From NCBI RefSeq assembly GCF_009914755.1, contig NC_060925.1: a stretch of 64,000 bases of DNA; one strand, written 5' to 3'. The position numbers were made by a program, and so were the translations under genes. The DNA is from the human T2T-CHM13v2.0 reference genome, Homo sapiens. The notes beneath the pieces were generated by a model, which had not been told where the DNA came from, did no database searches, and was given only the letters and a program-made list of their open reading frames with translations. Positions 25,987 to 42,565 of this stretch are shown here, piece after piece (within the stretch, counting starts at the first letter, position 1; each line of letters starts with the position of its first letter).

Positions 25987-26791
25987 TATGATCAACCAAA
26001 TAATTCCTACCCCTGTCCCATCCCCTCCAAAATGTCCATTTCCTAACCCCTGGAACCTATTAATATTACTTTATACGGCAAAAGGGAATTTGCAGGTGTG
26101 ATTATGTTAAGGATCTTGAGATGGAGAAATTATCCTGGGCTAAATGGATGGGGCCAATGTAATCACAATGGACCTTATAAAAGGGATACAAGAGGTTGGA
26201 GTGATGTGAGGATGGAGCCAAAAGCCAAGGAATAGAGTAGGTCTCTAGAGGTTGAAAAAAGCAATGTCTTAGACTGCATGGGCTGCCTTAAACTATCAGA
26301 GGCTGGGTGGCTTAAACAAAGAAATTTATTTTCTCACAGTTTTGGCTGATAAAAATTCTAGATCAAGGTTCTTGCCTGTTCAGTCCCAGGTGAGAACCTT
26401 CATCCTGGTTTGTAAATGGCCACCTTCTTGCCAAGTCCTTGCATGGCCTTCCCTTGGCACATGATCTTTTCCTTTCTCTTCCTCTTCTAACTCCACAAGC
26501 CCTATCAGATAAAGACCCCACCGTTGTGACCTCACTCAACTTTAATTATCTCCTAAAGATTTTATTTTCAAATATAGTCAACATGATTTTTTAGGGGGCA
26601 GTGGGGAGGGAACAATTCAATTCATAGCAAGAAAGGAAACAAATTCTTCACTGAAGCTTCCAGAAGGAGTGCAGCCTGCCAAAACCATGATTTTAGATTT
26701 CTGGCCTCCTGACTTGTAAGAGAATACATTTGTGTTGTTAAGTAACTAAGTTAGTGGTAATCTGTTACAGCAGTCATGGGAAATTAATACA
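25987..26791 (+). mobile_element. MLT1D-like LTR interrupted by an antisense MLT1A/B
   Basis: 'ggcaaaagggaatttgcaggtgtgatta...gatcttgagatgg' and 3' 'gtggtaatctgttacagcag...aattaataca'. Confidence 0.85.
26265..26629 (-). mobile_element. MLT1A/B-like LTR
   Basis: tgtcttag...gggtggcttaaac...caattcatagca; TSD agcaa/agaaa. Confidence 0.8.
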
Positions 26792-27486
26792 TTCCTTTTG
26801 ATATTTTTTGGTGACCTTTCAATGTGAGATGAGTGACCTTTGGAATTCCACCTTTTCTAGGAAAATGTGATAGTCTTCTATGAAATTACCCACTTTGGGT
26901 GGTTTAGATCTACCCTCTCGTGCTCTGTGCAGCTGCCAGTGGGGAGCTAGCAGGTCCAGAGCTTGGCAGAAGCCTTTGTGGTAGAAAGTGGCTTTGGTAC
27001 CCCCAATTGCCCCACCACCCAGTCACGCTTTTTTTTTTTTTTGGTTCCTATAGATTTTCTCTTTTGGACAGCTCATCAGTGCCTTTTACAGATCATGTTT
27101 TAAATATTTTATCCAGCATTTTAGCTGTTTCAATCAGGTGGGGTTTTCAGAGTGTGAAGTCTGACATAATGCTGGAAATGGAAGTCTAGGGAGCCTTTCA
27201 CGATTACCTTCCTAAGGTATTCCTCCACTGCACAGCAGGGTGCACAGATGTCATCAATTTCTATCTTTCTTATTGGCCCTCTGGAGCCTGGAAATTCCCT
27301 AAAGCCGGAATTTCTCAGTCAACTTATCTCGGGAGAGTGAGAACTTAAGTACTAATGACTTATATCGCGGGGTCCTTAGAGACTGTTTTTCTAAACAATT
27401 CATTATCTACTATTCATAAAGTATTTCCTTGGAGGGAAGAATTTGGCTGCCAAGTTGCACTTGAGGAAATGGCTATTGAAACTGAC

Positions 27487-27717
27487 CGTGTTTATATTCT
27501 TGTATCATAATTATCTGGTGGATAGTTCTTAAAGCTTTTAGTAGTTTTCTTCTTTTTAATCTTCAAAATGCAAAGAAGTCTGGAATAAGGACATGAGTTG
27601 CATCTGCTGTTACTGTGCCTCTCCTGGAAGATTTTTATTTTCCTTTTTTCAGTGTATAGGTTCTCAGCCAATTTACTTAGGGCTTCTCCGTGTTTAACTC
27701 TGTCAAGAAAAATAACC
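27487..27717 (-). pseudogene. Candidate exon (231 nt)
   Basis: tcatttccttctattttcag| acceptor, acg|gtcagt donor; VIFLDRVKHGEALSKLAENLYTEKRKIKIFQERH..., one stop near the end. Confidence 0.5.
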
Positions 27718-29090
27718 CTGAAAATAGAAGGAAATGATGAGGCAAGAGATGGGGATGAGGGGCAGAAACTCAATCAGCTAGATGATTGTTTTTCTTATCC
27801 CACCTTGAATCATCTCTATTAACAAGGAGAGCTTAGTTTCTTTTTATATCCAGCATACCTGAGAGCCAAGCATATTACTGCTAAGAGCTACATTTCATGT
27901 TTTTCTTTTTGCCCATAACAGTATTTATTTTGTAATAGCTTTAATAAAGAAGTCATTGTGGTTGAGTCACAGATAATGTTTTTTAAAAAGTACATTTTCT
28001 ATAAGGATGTCAAGACAAGCCACTAAAATGCTTGAGATATACAGAATAAAACCTATTAATAGTTCAGTGGAGTCAGAATGTTCCCGTTTTAAATACAAGT
28101 GGCAAAGCCCAAATATTTGATGTTATTAGATTGTAGAGTTTAGCAATATAAATTGGAAACATGTAAACAATGTAAATGAATATACATTTTTGGTGAATTC
28201 TGAGGATTTTCTCTGGGGGAATCAAGGTTATTAGAATACATGCTACAGTTAGAACGTATTTATGTCAATGAAATTTGGGGGAACCCAAATGTGGAGTTAG
28301 TTTTACCATAATCATCAGAAAAGTGACTACATTCTTAGTTTATTACATATTGATGAAGCATTTTGAAAAAGAATTGCTGCTGTATCAACTATGTATAGTT
28401 GTTCTGAGAAACTACACGATATAGTTATTGGCTTCTAATCTTCTATAGTGAATGAGATTTTATTTTAAAATTCTGATTTTTTTGAAGGCATTATTTTGCA
28501 ATTTACTGTCACTGAAAGAGAACCATTTTTTTTTACTGGAGAAAATTAGTTTTCTGAATTGTTTCTTATACATTATTTTCTATGAATCTACCTTGCCTTT
28601 TAGATGGGTTTTTATTTCTCAACTAAGTGGCTCTATTATTTTTAATATTTTGTAATGCTGAACACTACAGTACTCAAACATATTTTACTGCTTGTTTGGG
28701 AAAATGTTTTGTTATATCTATTTTGATTTGTGGTAATCAACACTGAAGGCAATAGTCAAGGCTTTAGATAATTTCAGTATAACGTTTTCACTACTTTTTA
28801 TATTACATTCTCAGTACAGTTTAAATTTTATTTATCCTTGAACTACTTTTGCACACTGAGCACATGTCTTTGCCTGAAGCTGGTGTGGCCAGTCAAGAAC
28901 TGTGAGTTAAACTATAAATTGTTCTTTCCAGTGTACATTACTATGTAGTTCTATTTGGTAAATTTCAGATAGTGGTATGAACTTTCCAAAGATATTTCTG
29001 ACTCCTGCTCTCATCTCAATGATGAATAATTGTGTTACAGTGAGAGCACCTTCACCAAACTCTGCTCCTTCACCCAGCCCACTGGCTTAC

Positions 29091-29204
29091 CCAGGCCCTC
29101 TGTTCTTCAGTAAGGCGTTGTCTGATGCTCCCTGGTGTTAACCCCGCGTAGCAGTGGATTGTATATCAGCACAGCCACTTATACTCTCATCCACTCTTTT
29201 ATAC
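29091..29204 (-). pseudogene. Candidate exon (114 nt)
   Basis: ttcttggtag| acceptor, tgg|gtaagc donor; YKRVDESISGCADIQSTATRG*HQGASDNALLKNRGP. Confidence 0.45.
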
Positions 29205-29779
29205 CTACCAAGAATCATTTTGGCTGTTCTAGGGTACAGTCTTGATTTTCAAAGATAAAGAGAAAAGGGTGTATTCTTTATAAAGACATATTACTTGCAA
29301 AGGAAATATAATTATTCTAACACTGGGCTTTGCTTTCTCATCAACAATAGGGAAAGTTAGAAGACAGTTTAAAAAAAAATCCATACACTGTTAAAATGGA
29401 AGGCCTTTAACCCAATAATCTTATGCAGTTAAGCTATCATTCATTTATGAGGGTAAAAAAGTAACATTTTTGGACATGGAAAGATTCAGCATGTACCATG
29501 AATTCTACCTAAATAAAATACTAAGGAATTTAATCAAATGACAATTAATTCAGAACAAATTTCAAGATAGGGGGAAGCAAGGAAAAGAGGAAAGCATTGT
29601 GAGCAATGACTCTTGCTAAATATATGTGATTAGATCTTAAAATGGGCATTTGAAATAGAGGTAAGAATTCTTGACACATCAGATTATTCTCTGAGGGATA
29701 TAAGCTATTATTCAACTGCGTTTCACTAATATTTAGGTTTTTAAGCCCAGGAGGTGGACAGCATGGGGAAATAAACACA

Positions 29780-30085
29780 TTCTTTTTTTTCAGTAAATAT
29801 TTTTAAAGCACATGCTATATGCTTTGCTTTAGGCACTGAGGTAGACAAGCTCACAATTTTATATATCCATTCTAGTAGAAAACAGATAACAGACAAATTC
29901 ACAGGTAAACAAGATAATTTGAGTATTAAGTACTATGAAGGATTTAAAATAGGTTAATTGTGTAGCAGTGGTGGGGGGTGGGTAGTACCTTAGAATGGAT
30001 GATTGGGGAGTATCTCTACAAATGCAGTGACTTTTGGTCTTAGACTTGAATGAGAAGGGGCAGCACAGTTGAGGACACTGGGAAA
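29780..30085 (-). mobile_element. L2 3' fragment
   Basis: 'cagtaaatattttta...taggcactgagg...agacttgaatgagaagg'. Confidence 0.6.
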
Positions 30086-32578
30086 TGAGATGATTTTATT
30101 ATTTGGCTTAGAATGACTTCTTTTCCAATGACAAGGTTTGTACCTCTCTGGAGCGTGATGGCTGCAGAGAACCGTGGGCAGCTGGGTTCAATGTGCAGTG
30201 TTTTCTTTCTAGTGGACTGGCCATATCCCTGGAGTTATAGAGCCATTGGATATGGGGAACTCTGGCATCCCATAGATTCCCTGTTCTTAAGAGGCCAAGA
30301 AGAATTGTGCATGGGCCAAATCTTTCCTGCATCAGAGACTTAAGAGTATAGAGAGAACAGAGAGCATGAAGGATTCTTTCAGATTCTTCAGCAGAAGGTG
30401 GAGAGTTTGCCTGCTTCTACACCATAAGCCCAAGGGACTATCCTTCACCTTCTTCTGCTTGTAGATTTCCTGCTTTTCAGGATAGTGTTAAAGCAGATCT
30501 AAGTCTTCAGTGAGCCATTGAAGAAACATAATAATGCAACTAAAGAAGGCTCAGAATCCAGAGAAATAAAGCAGAACAATCAGATTGTATGTGCTTCTGC
30601 TTTCAAATTATAAAAAAAATAAAAATTATAAAAATTGTGCTAATACTACAGAAATTAGGGAGATACTGTAAGGAAATCTTAATCTCTGCAAAACGTAGTG
30701 TGTGGAAAGTAGGACAAGAAGCAAAATAATTTTAAAGTATTTAGGGGATGGGAAGGATGAGAGAGCAAGGCTTTATCTTATTAAAGCCAGGAAGGAATGA
30801 AGGAAAAATAGACACTTTGTATGACAGAGTAGGATACAATGCATCATCACAGTAATGCATCATGGGAAAAGATATGTTGTTTCAAATAACTGCAGAGTTA
30901 CAGCTATTTCATTATCAGTGCCGGCAGTCAAAAATTAGTAAAGTTTATCAGAATTTTCAGAGACAGGAGGAAGAATGGCATAAGCAGCAGTTTGATCAAC
31001 AAAAGAGAAGGAAAAAGAAAAAACTATATTAAAGATAAATGGAAAAATAGAAGGCTAAAATCAAGTATTTCACACACAATACCTATGAATGGATTAAAGT
31101 TTTCCATGTGAAAATTTCAATATCAACTATGAGACATACCTCAAATCCGTGTTCTTTACCAAAAACACATATACAATCATGATCAAAGTTAAAGACATAG
31201 GCAAAGAATTGGCAAGCAGATACAAGGCAGAAGAAATCGGGACTGGTAATGCTAATAGTAGTAAAAGTGTAATGTAAAGAGAATTAAAGAATGACAATAT
31301 ATAATAACAGGCAAAATACACAAATAAGATACATATGTATATATATACATGCATGTGTCTATGAAAGCCCAGGCTATGCAGAAATGTAAGAATATTTATG
31401 GAAACTTATCTCACAACAGGCTGTGTATGATCCAGAATGCTGAGGGAAAGCTACAACAAAACATTTCTTGAGGAATGCACTTTAAACCTAGACTTCAAGA
31501 ATATCAAAGATAACTTTTCAAATAAGATGAACCTGTAATCAATTACAAAATGAAGGCCAAATGAATTGCAAAACAAAGCCATCATGAATTACCTGAAATG
31601 GCATACTGTGAATGAGAATCACAAAGTCTGCAGATATTATAATTTATCTGTGCACAATATAAACAGAATGTTTACTATGTTTAAAGAAACAAGGTATATC
31701 TAAATCATGATCATAATACTATGAAAATGACCAATCGTGGTAAAACATCTGTATAGAATTTATAAAGATAATTTTTTTCAAAATGAAAATTTTATTGGCT
31801 AGTTAAAGCTGAAGAGAGAATCATCCAAAAATAGATGCAAGACAAAGCCAACTGGCATGAGGAGAATAAGGGACATACGTATTAGAACTAATGGCTAAGA
31901 ATTTTCTAGAATTGCTGAAAGATTACATTTATCAGATTCAGAGTACCCAACATACTCCAAATCAATCAATACATAGACATATGAAACTAGACATTTGGTA
32001 GAAAAACTACAGAACAGCAAAAGGGAAGCAATAAGGAATGATAGACTCGCTGAGTCTAGTCAACAGCAATACAAATCAAAGTACAGTACAAAATCTTCAA
32101 AAGCTTAGAAAAATGAAATTATATACCCATTAAGTAAAACTACTTTTCAAGAACAAGGGCAAAATAGATATTCTTTAGACAAAATTAAAAACGTATACCA
32201 ATTTTAGTGCATAAAAAACATGTACTTAAATATTCCAGAAGCAAGCATTAGAAATGCAAAAAAAGCTAGGAAAGAAATCTGTAAACAAATGCTAATTATA
32301 TACAAGCACTACATGTTGTAATGTCTAATTTGTGAGTTTTAAAAATAAGTAAAAGATGGACAGAAGTAGCATATTGGGAAACAGGTAGTCAAGAGCTAGA
32401 GCACTTAGGTTTTCATACAAGTTAGGAGAAAAGATAAACATATGGGTTCTAAATTTTTAAAATATACGTGCTTATTGAATTAGGGTTGCTCTGAAAGAAT
32501 AGAAATAGAATAAAATAAAGAAAATGGAAATTAACGTAAAACTCTAAGCAAAGATCACAAGAAATGAATAAAAGCAAC

Positions 32579-32924
32579 TGATAATGGTTTGGCTGTGTCC
32601 CTATCCAAATCTCATCTTGAATTCTCATGTGTTATAGGAGGGAACTGGTGGGAGGTGATAGAATTGTGGGGGTAGGTCTTTCCCATGCTATTCTCGTGAT
32701 AGTAAATAAGTCTCATGAGATCTGATGGTTTAAAAAGGAGGAATTTCCCTGCACAAGTTCTTTTTGCCTACTGCCCTCCATGTAAGATGTGATTTGCTCT
32801 TCCTTGCATTCCACCATGATTGTGAGGCCTCCCCAGCCACTTGGAACTGTTTAAGCCTCTTTCCTTTGTAAATTGCCCAGTCTTAGGTATGTCTTTATAA
32901 GCAGCATGAAAATGGACTAATACA
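32579..32924 (+). mobile_element. THE1 (B/C-like) solo LTR
   Basis: tgataatggtttggctgtgtccc...ggactaataca; TSD gcaac/gcaat. Confidence 0.92.
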
Positions 32925-33653
32925 GCAATACAGCAGAAGCAAATTGAAAGTACTACATAAGATATTAGAAATGATTCCATGTATTAGTAATAACTATAGA
33001 GAAACATATAATTGTCCATTTAAAAGATGTTTAACAGACTATGATGTTAACAGACTGTGTTAAAACAGTATTGCTCTTGTTTACAAAAGGCACAATTAAA
33101 ACACCAGGGTACAGAAGCCTTTGAAATAGAGATGGAAAAAGACAATGGAAAGAAAGATGGTGTAGCTATTCAAATATCACAAAATACATTCTTTCTAACA
33201 AAAATTATTAGAGATAGTATCATACTCCATATTGATGAAGGAGTCTAATACCTAGGAAGATTTAACAACTTTTATTTATACACCCAACAATAGCTTCAAA
33301 ATATGGGAAGCAAAAATTGACAGAGCCCAAGGAGACTAAAGACCTCCTCCATCATAGTGGGAGACTCTAATTAATACAAACTGTCTCTGTAATTGTTAAG
33401 CAGACAATATATCAGGATATAAAAGATTTGAACAACACAATTAGCAATATTGATCTGATAGTCGACATATATAGAACATTGCATAAAACAATTGAATACA
33501 TACACTTCTGAAGCACACAGGAAACATCACATAAATTGACCATTTAAGAGGACATTTGCCATCCATATATTTCAAATGATTGAGACTTCATACCACACTT
33601 TTTTACCACAATATAATTAAGTTAAAATGGCTAACATAAAAATAACAAACTCC

Positions 33654-34092
33654 AATGGCAGAAAATGCTAATTATCCTCCAGTGTCCATTCTTTCTTTTA
33701 GAACTGGAATTTGCCAAGGTTTGGCTAGGCACCTGGTGCTTCTGCCTACCTTGTAACTAATTTCTGGGGATCAAGTTTTGGAGTGGTAAGTGCTTGATAC
33801 AACTTCCTCGTGACAGGTTTAAAAAAGGAAATGGCTTTTAAGTCATGTTTCCTCTTTGTTCCTATCCACAGACTGGGATGCAGGTACAGTCTGGGTGAGG
33901 CAGCCTCTTCTTACAAAGGAGGGGCTCCACCCTAGGGGTTTGGGAGAATAATAAAATAGACTAGCTCTTGGGGCACAGCAGCCACCTCAATTGGGTCTGC
34001 CCACCTAACTGAGTGAGAAATAAACTTCATTATTTTTTGAGCCACTTTAGTTGTTATGTTATAGCACCTTAGCTTATGTCATAGCTAATTCA
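33654..34092 (+). mobile_element. MLT1J-like LTR
   Basis: 'gagtgagaaataaacttc...gagccact...ttatagcac...ctaattca'. Confidence 0.55.
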
Positions 34093-34736
34093 GGCTCTCA
34101 CATATATGGAAATTAAAAAAAGAACTTCTAAGTAATTATGAGTCAAAGAAGAAATCAAAATGGAAACTAGACTATACATAAAACAAAGAGTAATAGAAAT
34201 ATATTTTTGCTTCCTTATTTATGCATATATCTGTATACATGTTTAGTAGGATGCCAGTAAAGCAGTGCTTAGAAATTGTAGTCTTAAGTGCTTGTTCAAT
34301 GGGCAAGGAGAAAGGCTGAAATTTCATAAGCTAAGGATGCATTTGAGAAAGTTAGAGAAGGGAATAAACACAAGGAAAGTAGAAGTAAGGATATATTAAG
34401 TAGGCAGACAAAATACTAAAAGGATTAATAAGCAAAAAGTTTCTTCAAACACATTATTAATAAAAGTGACAAACCTCAGGCAAAACTGATCAAAGAGAGA
34501 AAACACATGGAAAATATATTAGAAAAGGAAAAGGGGACATGGAACTGATGTGGCAGAAATTAAAAGATAAAGTATTTTGAAAGATTTCATGTCAAAAATT
34601 TGAAAACTTAGCAAAAATGGACCAAAATTAGAGTTTAGTATCCACAAAGAACAAACAAGGAGAGGCCTAAGTAAAAAAAAAACAAAACAAAACAAAAACA
34701 GGCTTTGTTTGGGAGCCAAAGGGCTGCACCCTAGAG

Positions 34737-35031
34737 CAGGGATCCCGTATCCCTGGGCCACGGACCGGCACCAGTCCCTGGCCTGTTGGAATGGGGTGGC
34801 ACAGCGGGAGGTGAGCCTCAGGCAAGCGAGAATTACAGCCTGAGCTCTGCCTCCTGTGGGATCAGCCACCGCATTAGATTCTCACAGGAGCACAAACTTT
34901 ACTGTGAACTGCGCATGCGAGGGATCTAGGTTGTGTGCTCTTTTTGAGAATCCAGCCCTGCCCCCGTCATTAATGGAAAAATGATCTTCCACAAAACCAG
35001 TCCTTGATGCTAAAAAAGTTGGGGACCGCTG
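34737..35031 (+). mobile_element. MER1B (hAT-Charlie MITE)
   Basis: 'gcattagattctcacaggagc', 'gtgaactgcgcatgcgagggatctagg', end 'ttggggaccgctg'; 8-bp TSD ccctagag/ccctagaa. Confidence 0.92.
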
Positions 35032-35383
35032 CCCTAGAACAAGGAGAACCAGCAGAGATACAGCAACCCTCCAAAGGCTGTGTCCTCCCCATTGCATCCC
35101 CTTAGCATATGCACAATTTTGATTTATCCTATTACTGATGTTTATGCTGATCACTTGAATAAGGTATTATACCTGCCAGGTTTCCCCACTGTGAAGCTAT
35201 TCTTTTCCCTTTTGAAATTAATAAATGTTTGGTGGGGAGGTACTTTGAAACTATGTAAACATTCCATTCTTCACCAAACTTTCAATTAATATAGGCTTAT
35301 AGATGGCTATTTTATTAAATGGGTTAATAATATGTTACTATCATTTATTTTGATGTTAACATTTTCCTGATTTAGCTAGTCAG

Positions 35384-35550
35384 CTGGGCCTGAATAAAGG
35401 TGGGGAATAAACACACACAGGGCATAACTTTAAGGAGGCACTCACTCTTAGGATTATGCAAGTAAAGAGTCGGTACTCATATGATCCTGTGAATGAGTGT
35501 TTTCTTAAATTTTGCATCCTGAGCATCTCTCTTCCCTGGTTCTGACCTTA
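35384..35550. mobile_element. MER91A palindromic MITE within old L1ME 3' sequence
   Basis: 'ttaaggaggcactcactcttagg...gagtgttttcttaaattttgc' internal palindrome. Confidence 0.75.
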
Positions 35551-35793
35551 TTGTGAGGTTGGCTTTTTGTGTCGTTTTTGGCATGTCCCCCTCAATTATG
35601 TGAGCACAAGATGTTCTAGGCTCATCTTGTACTTGTTCTAGCCTTAGGATCAGTTGCTTGTGGAAGAGTCCTGGTTTCTGTTAGCAGGAAATGGAACTGA
35701 GAAGTCAAAATCTAGGCACTTACTGTGTTCCTTGATTTGGGGGCATTGGTGATGATGTTCATAGGCCCTCTTAGTGAGCAGAGCGAAAGAATA

Positions 35794-36068
35794 TGGGAGG
35801 GGGGTGGTTACCCTCATGCTGTTCTTGTGATAGCGAGTTCTCATGACATCTGATGGTTTTATAAGGCTTTTTCTCCCTTTTGCTTGGTGCTTTTCTCCCC
35901 TGCCACCATGTGAAGGAAGGGTGTGTTTGCTTCCCCTTCTGCCATGATTGTAAATTTACTGAGGCCTCCCCAGCCATGCTGAACTGTGAGTCAATTCAAC
36001 TTCTTTCCTTTATAAATTACCCAGTATCAGGTATGTCTTTATTAGCAATGTGAGAACAGGCTAATACA
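35794..36068 (+). mobile_element. THE1D-like LTR, 5' truncated
   Basis: 'gtgtttgcttccccttctgccatgattgtaa...ctaataca'. Confidence 0.88.
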
Positions 36069-36302
36069 GTGAAACATCTGGAGTCTATTATCTTTAACAT
36101 ATTATTTGATCAAACTTCTGTCTATAGCCAGTCTCCCATTTCTGCCACCATGCCATCCTATACTGGCACATGCTCCACATTTCACTTGGATGTTGAGTGC
36201 CCTGTGCCGGGCTGCCCCCACATACATTTACCTTCCTTACCCTACTGGAGCTTCTGCTCCTCATGCCAGGCATCCCCTATGCATATGTGTTGTGCTGCTT
36301 GG

Positions 36303-36711
36303 TGTCAAAAGACAAAATTAAAACAAATTTAGTTTAAATATAGTAATTGCCTTTATTTGCCATTCTAGAATTGGCAACACTTCATTCTACAAGATAGAAT
36401 GATTGCTTGAATGAGCTGACCAGAGGATTTTGGCTTTATAGACAGAAAAGGGCTGAAGAAAGTAGAAACAGAACAAAAAGTGGATTGATCATTGCAAAGT
36501 TACTTACAGGGTTAAAGCAGAGGAGAGACTTTCTTATTACTCTGACTAGGGTTGACTAGAATCTCCTGTGTTTCAGAAAACTGGCCCATTTTAAATTTCA
36601 GTTTGATTATGTGACACCTGTAGCATAAATGACTACCTTCTGACTTGCCCTGGTCTGCTGGGGCTGTGTAGGATGCTTGTCTAAAACAGTGGCCTCCCGT
36701 AAACATTAAGA
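36303..36711 (-). mobile_element. ERV1 (MER4-group) solo LTR
   Basis: tgtcaaaagacaaaatt...aaaacagtggcctcccgtaaac; 4-bp TSD ttgg. Confidence 0.75.
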
Positions 36712-37661
36712 TTGGGCTCTCTCACCTGACATCAGGCCCCTTTTGTGTGAGCACCCTCTTGTCTCTGCTCAGGCTCTGGCTCCCTGCAATTGGGTTGTCT
36801 ACATACTTCACTCTGTTGGGCCACTCTCACGCATGGGTTCTCATTCTGTCTCTTATTCCTTACAGGCTGCATGGATGTCCTTCTCAGATTGGCTGGGCTC
36901 TCATATTGGGATGCCTCCCCACAGGGATTACTACCTAATCTGGGATTACTATCTGAGCTGGGATATTCATGCCGGGTGACCATCCTTCCCAGGTCACCTC
37001 CTCCTTTTACCTAAGGCCTGATACCTTGTGCTGTATATCTCTATTACGTGGATGACCTCCTCAACCTGCTTGGACTCTGATAGACTCCTTTCAGCTAATA
37101 TGGATGTTTTCCTTGTTCTAGCCCATTTAATGACTTTAGCACTGATTTTTTTTTTCAGAATTTTTTTCAGGAAGGCAAGGAAAAGGAAGAAATGGAAAAA
37201 GAAGACAAGTAAACCCAACTCTTTTCCCCGCTGAGGCATGAATAAGCTCTTAGCAAATCTGACAAATATATTAGAAACAGGGAAACTACAGACAAATCCA
37301 TCATAAAAAGAAATGCAGAAATTCTAAATGAAATATTAGCACTTGAATCAAAATGATATTAACAGAACATATAAATAGATCATGACCAAGTTGAATTTAT
37401 TTCAGGAATTTAGTGTTAACTTGATGTTAGAAAAGAAATAAATGTAATGCATTGCATTCAAAGAACAAAAAACAAATCATGTAATCTTAATACAGTAATT
37501 TTACTTGTTATTTCAATATTTATAGTAGAAAGTTTAGCAAACTGAACTTAAAATCTGATAAGAGTACTGAAAAAATCCTACAGCAGGCACGATACTTAAA
37601 GTACAATGTCGAACACTTTCCTTCTGAAATAATGAGACCAGAATGCTTGCATTTCTGTTTT

Positions 37662-41877
<4,216 letters not shown>

Positions 41878-42055
41878 CATTTCCATTTTATTCATCGTTG
41901 TACGGGAGGTCTTATCAGTAATATAAGGAAAGTCTAAATTATAGGCAGGAACCAGACCATATTTCTAAGTTTCCAACTTAAAAAATCTTTAAAAACTTTT
42001 ACCATATTAAAAAACTATATAAGCTACCATCAATTCTTAGAAAAAGCAAGACAGG

Positions 42056-42565
42056 TGTGGGAAAGAAAAGATAGCCACAAATTCTTTCTACTACTTTAAT
42101 TCCTTTCTCCTTGAGTCTAGGTTGGTCTTGATGACTTGCTTGACTAGAATGTGACAGATGTGATGGACTGGGACTGCCAATGCTAGGTCATGAGAAATTC
42201 TAAGAATTCTGCCTGGTCTCTTGGAACACTGATTCAGGGACCCCTGAACCACAGTAAAGAAGTTCAATACTGGAGAAGACACATGTAGATCTTCAAGCCA
42301 ACAATCCAAATTGAGCCCCGTATTACAACTCTCCATGTTGATGTACCAAAAAGGTGTACGAAGCCATCTGAGGCCCTCCTGATCAGCCCATCAGTCAGCT
42401 GAATCCTGCCGAGAAACCTCTGTCAATTTCACATGGTACAGAGAATTGCTGATCTGAGCTCTGCCTGAACTCTTGACTCACAGAACAATGAGATATAATT
42501 AAAAGATTGCTGTCTTAAGCCACTAAGTTTTAAAATTTGTTTTACAATAAAAGATAACCAGAGCA
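42056..42565 (+). mobile_element. MLT1G/H-like LTR
   Basis: 'agatagccacaaattc', 'gctgtcttaagccactaagtttt...gataaccagagca'. Confidence 0.75.

Larger units (their letters stand above)
30480..34640 (+). mobile_element. Highly decayed L1M (ORF1/ORF2 5' region) fragments with LTR insertions
   Basis: A-rich strand; EN-region motifs 'cccaacaatagcttcaaaatat...aattgacag', 'catagtgggagac', 'gatttgaacaacacaatt'. Confidence 0.6.

Noticed and set aside
34737-35031. Local CpG/GC enrichment as a promoter CpG island
   Set aside because: It is confined to the MER1B element and too short.
36100-37100. C-rich short-repeat block with several overlapping ORFs
   Set aside because: It resembles old L1M 3' UTR repeats split by an LTR; there is no coherent protein.
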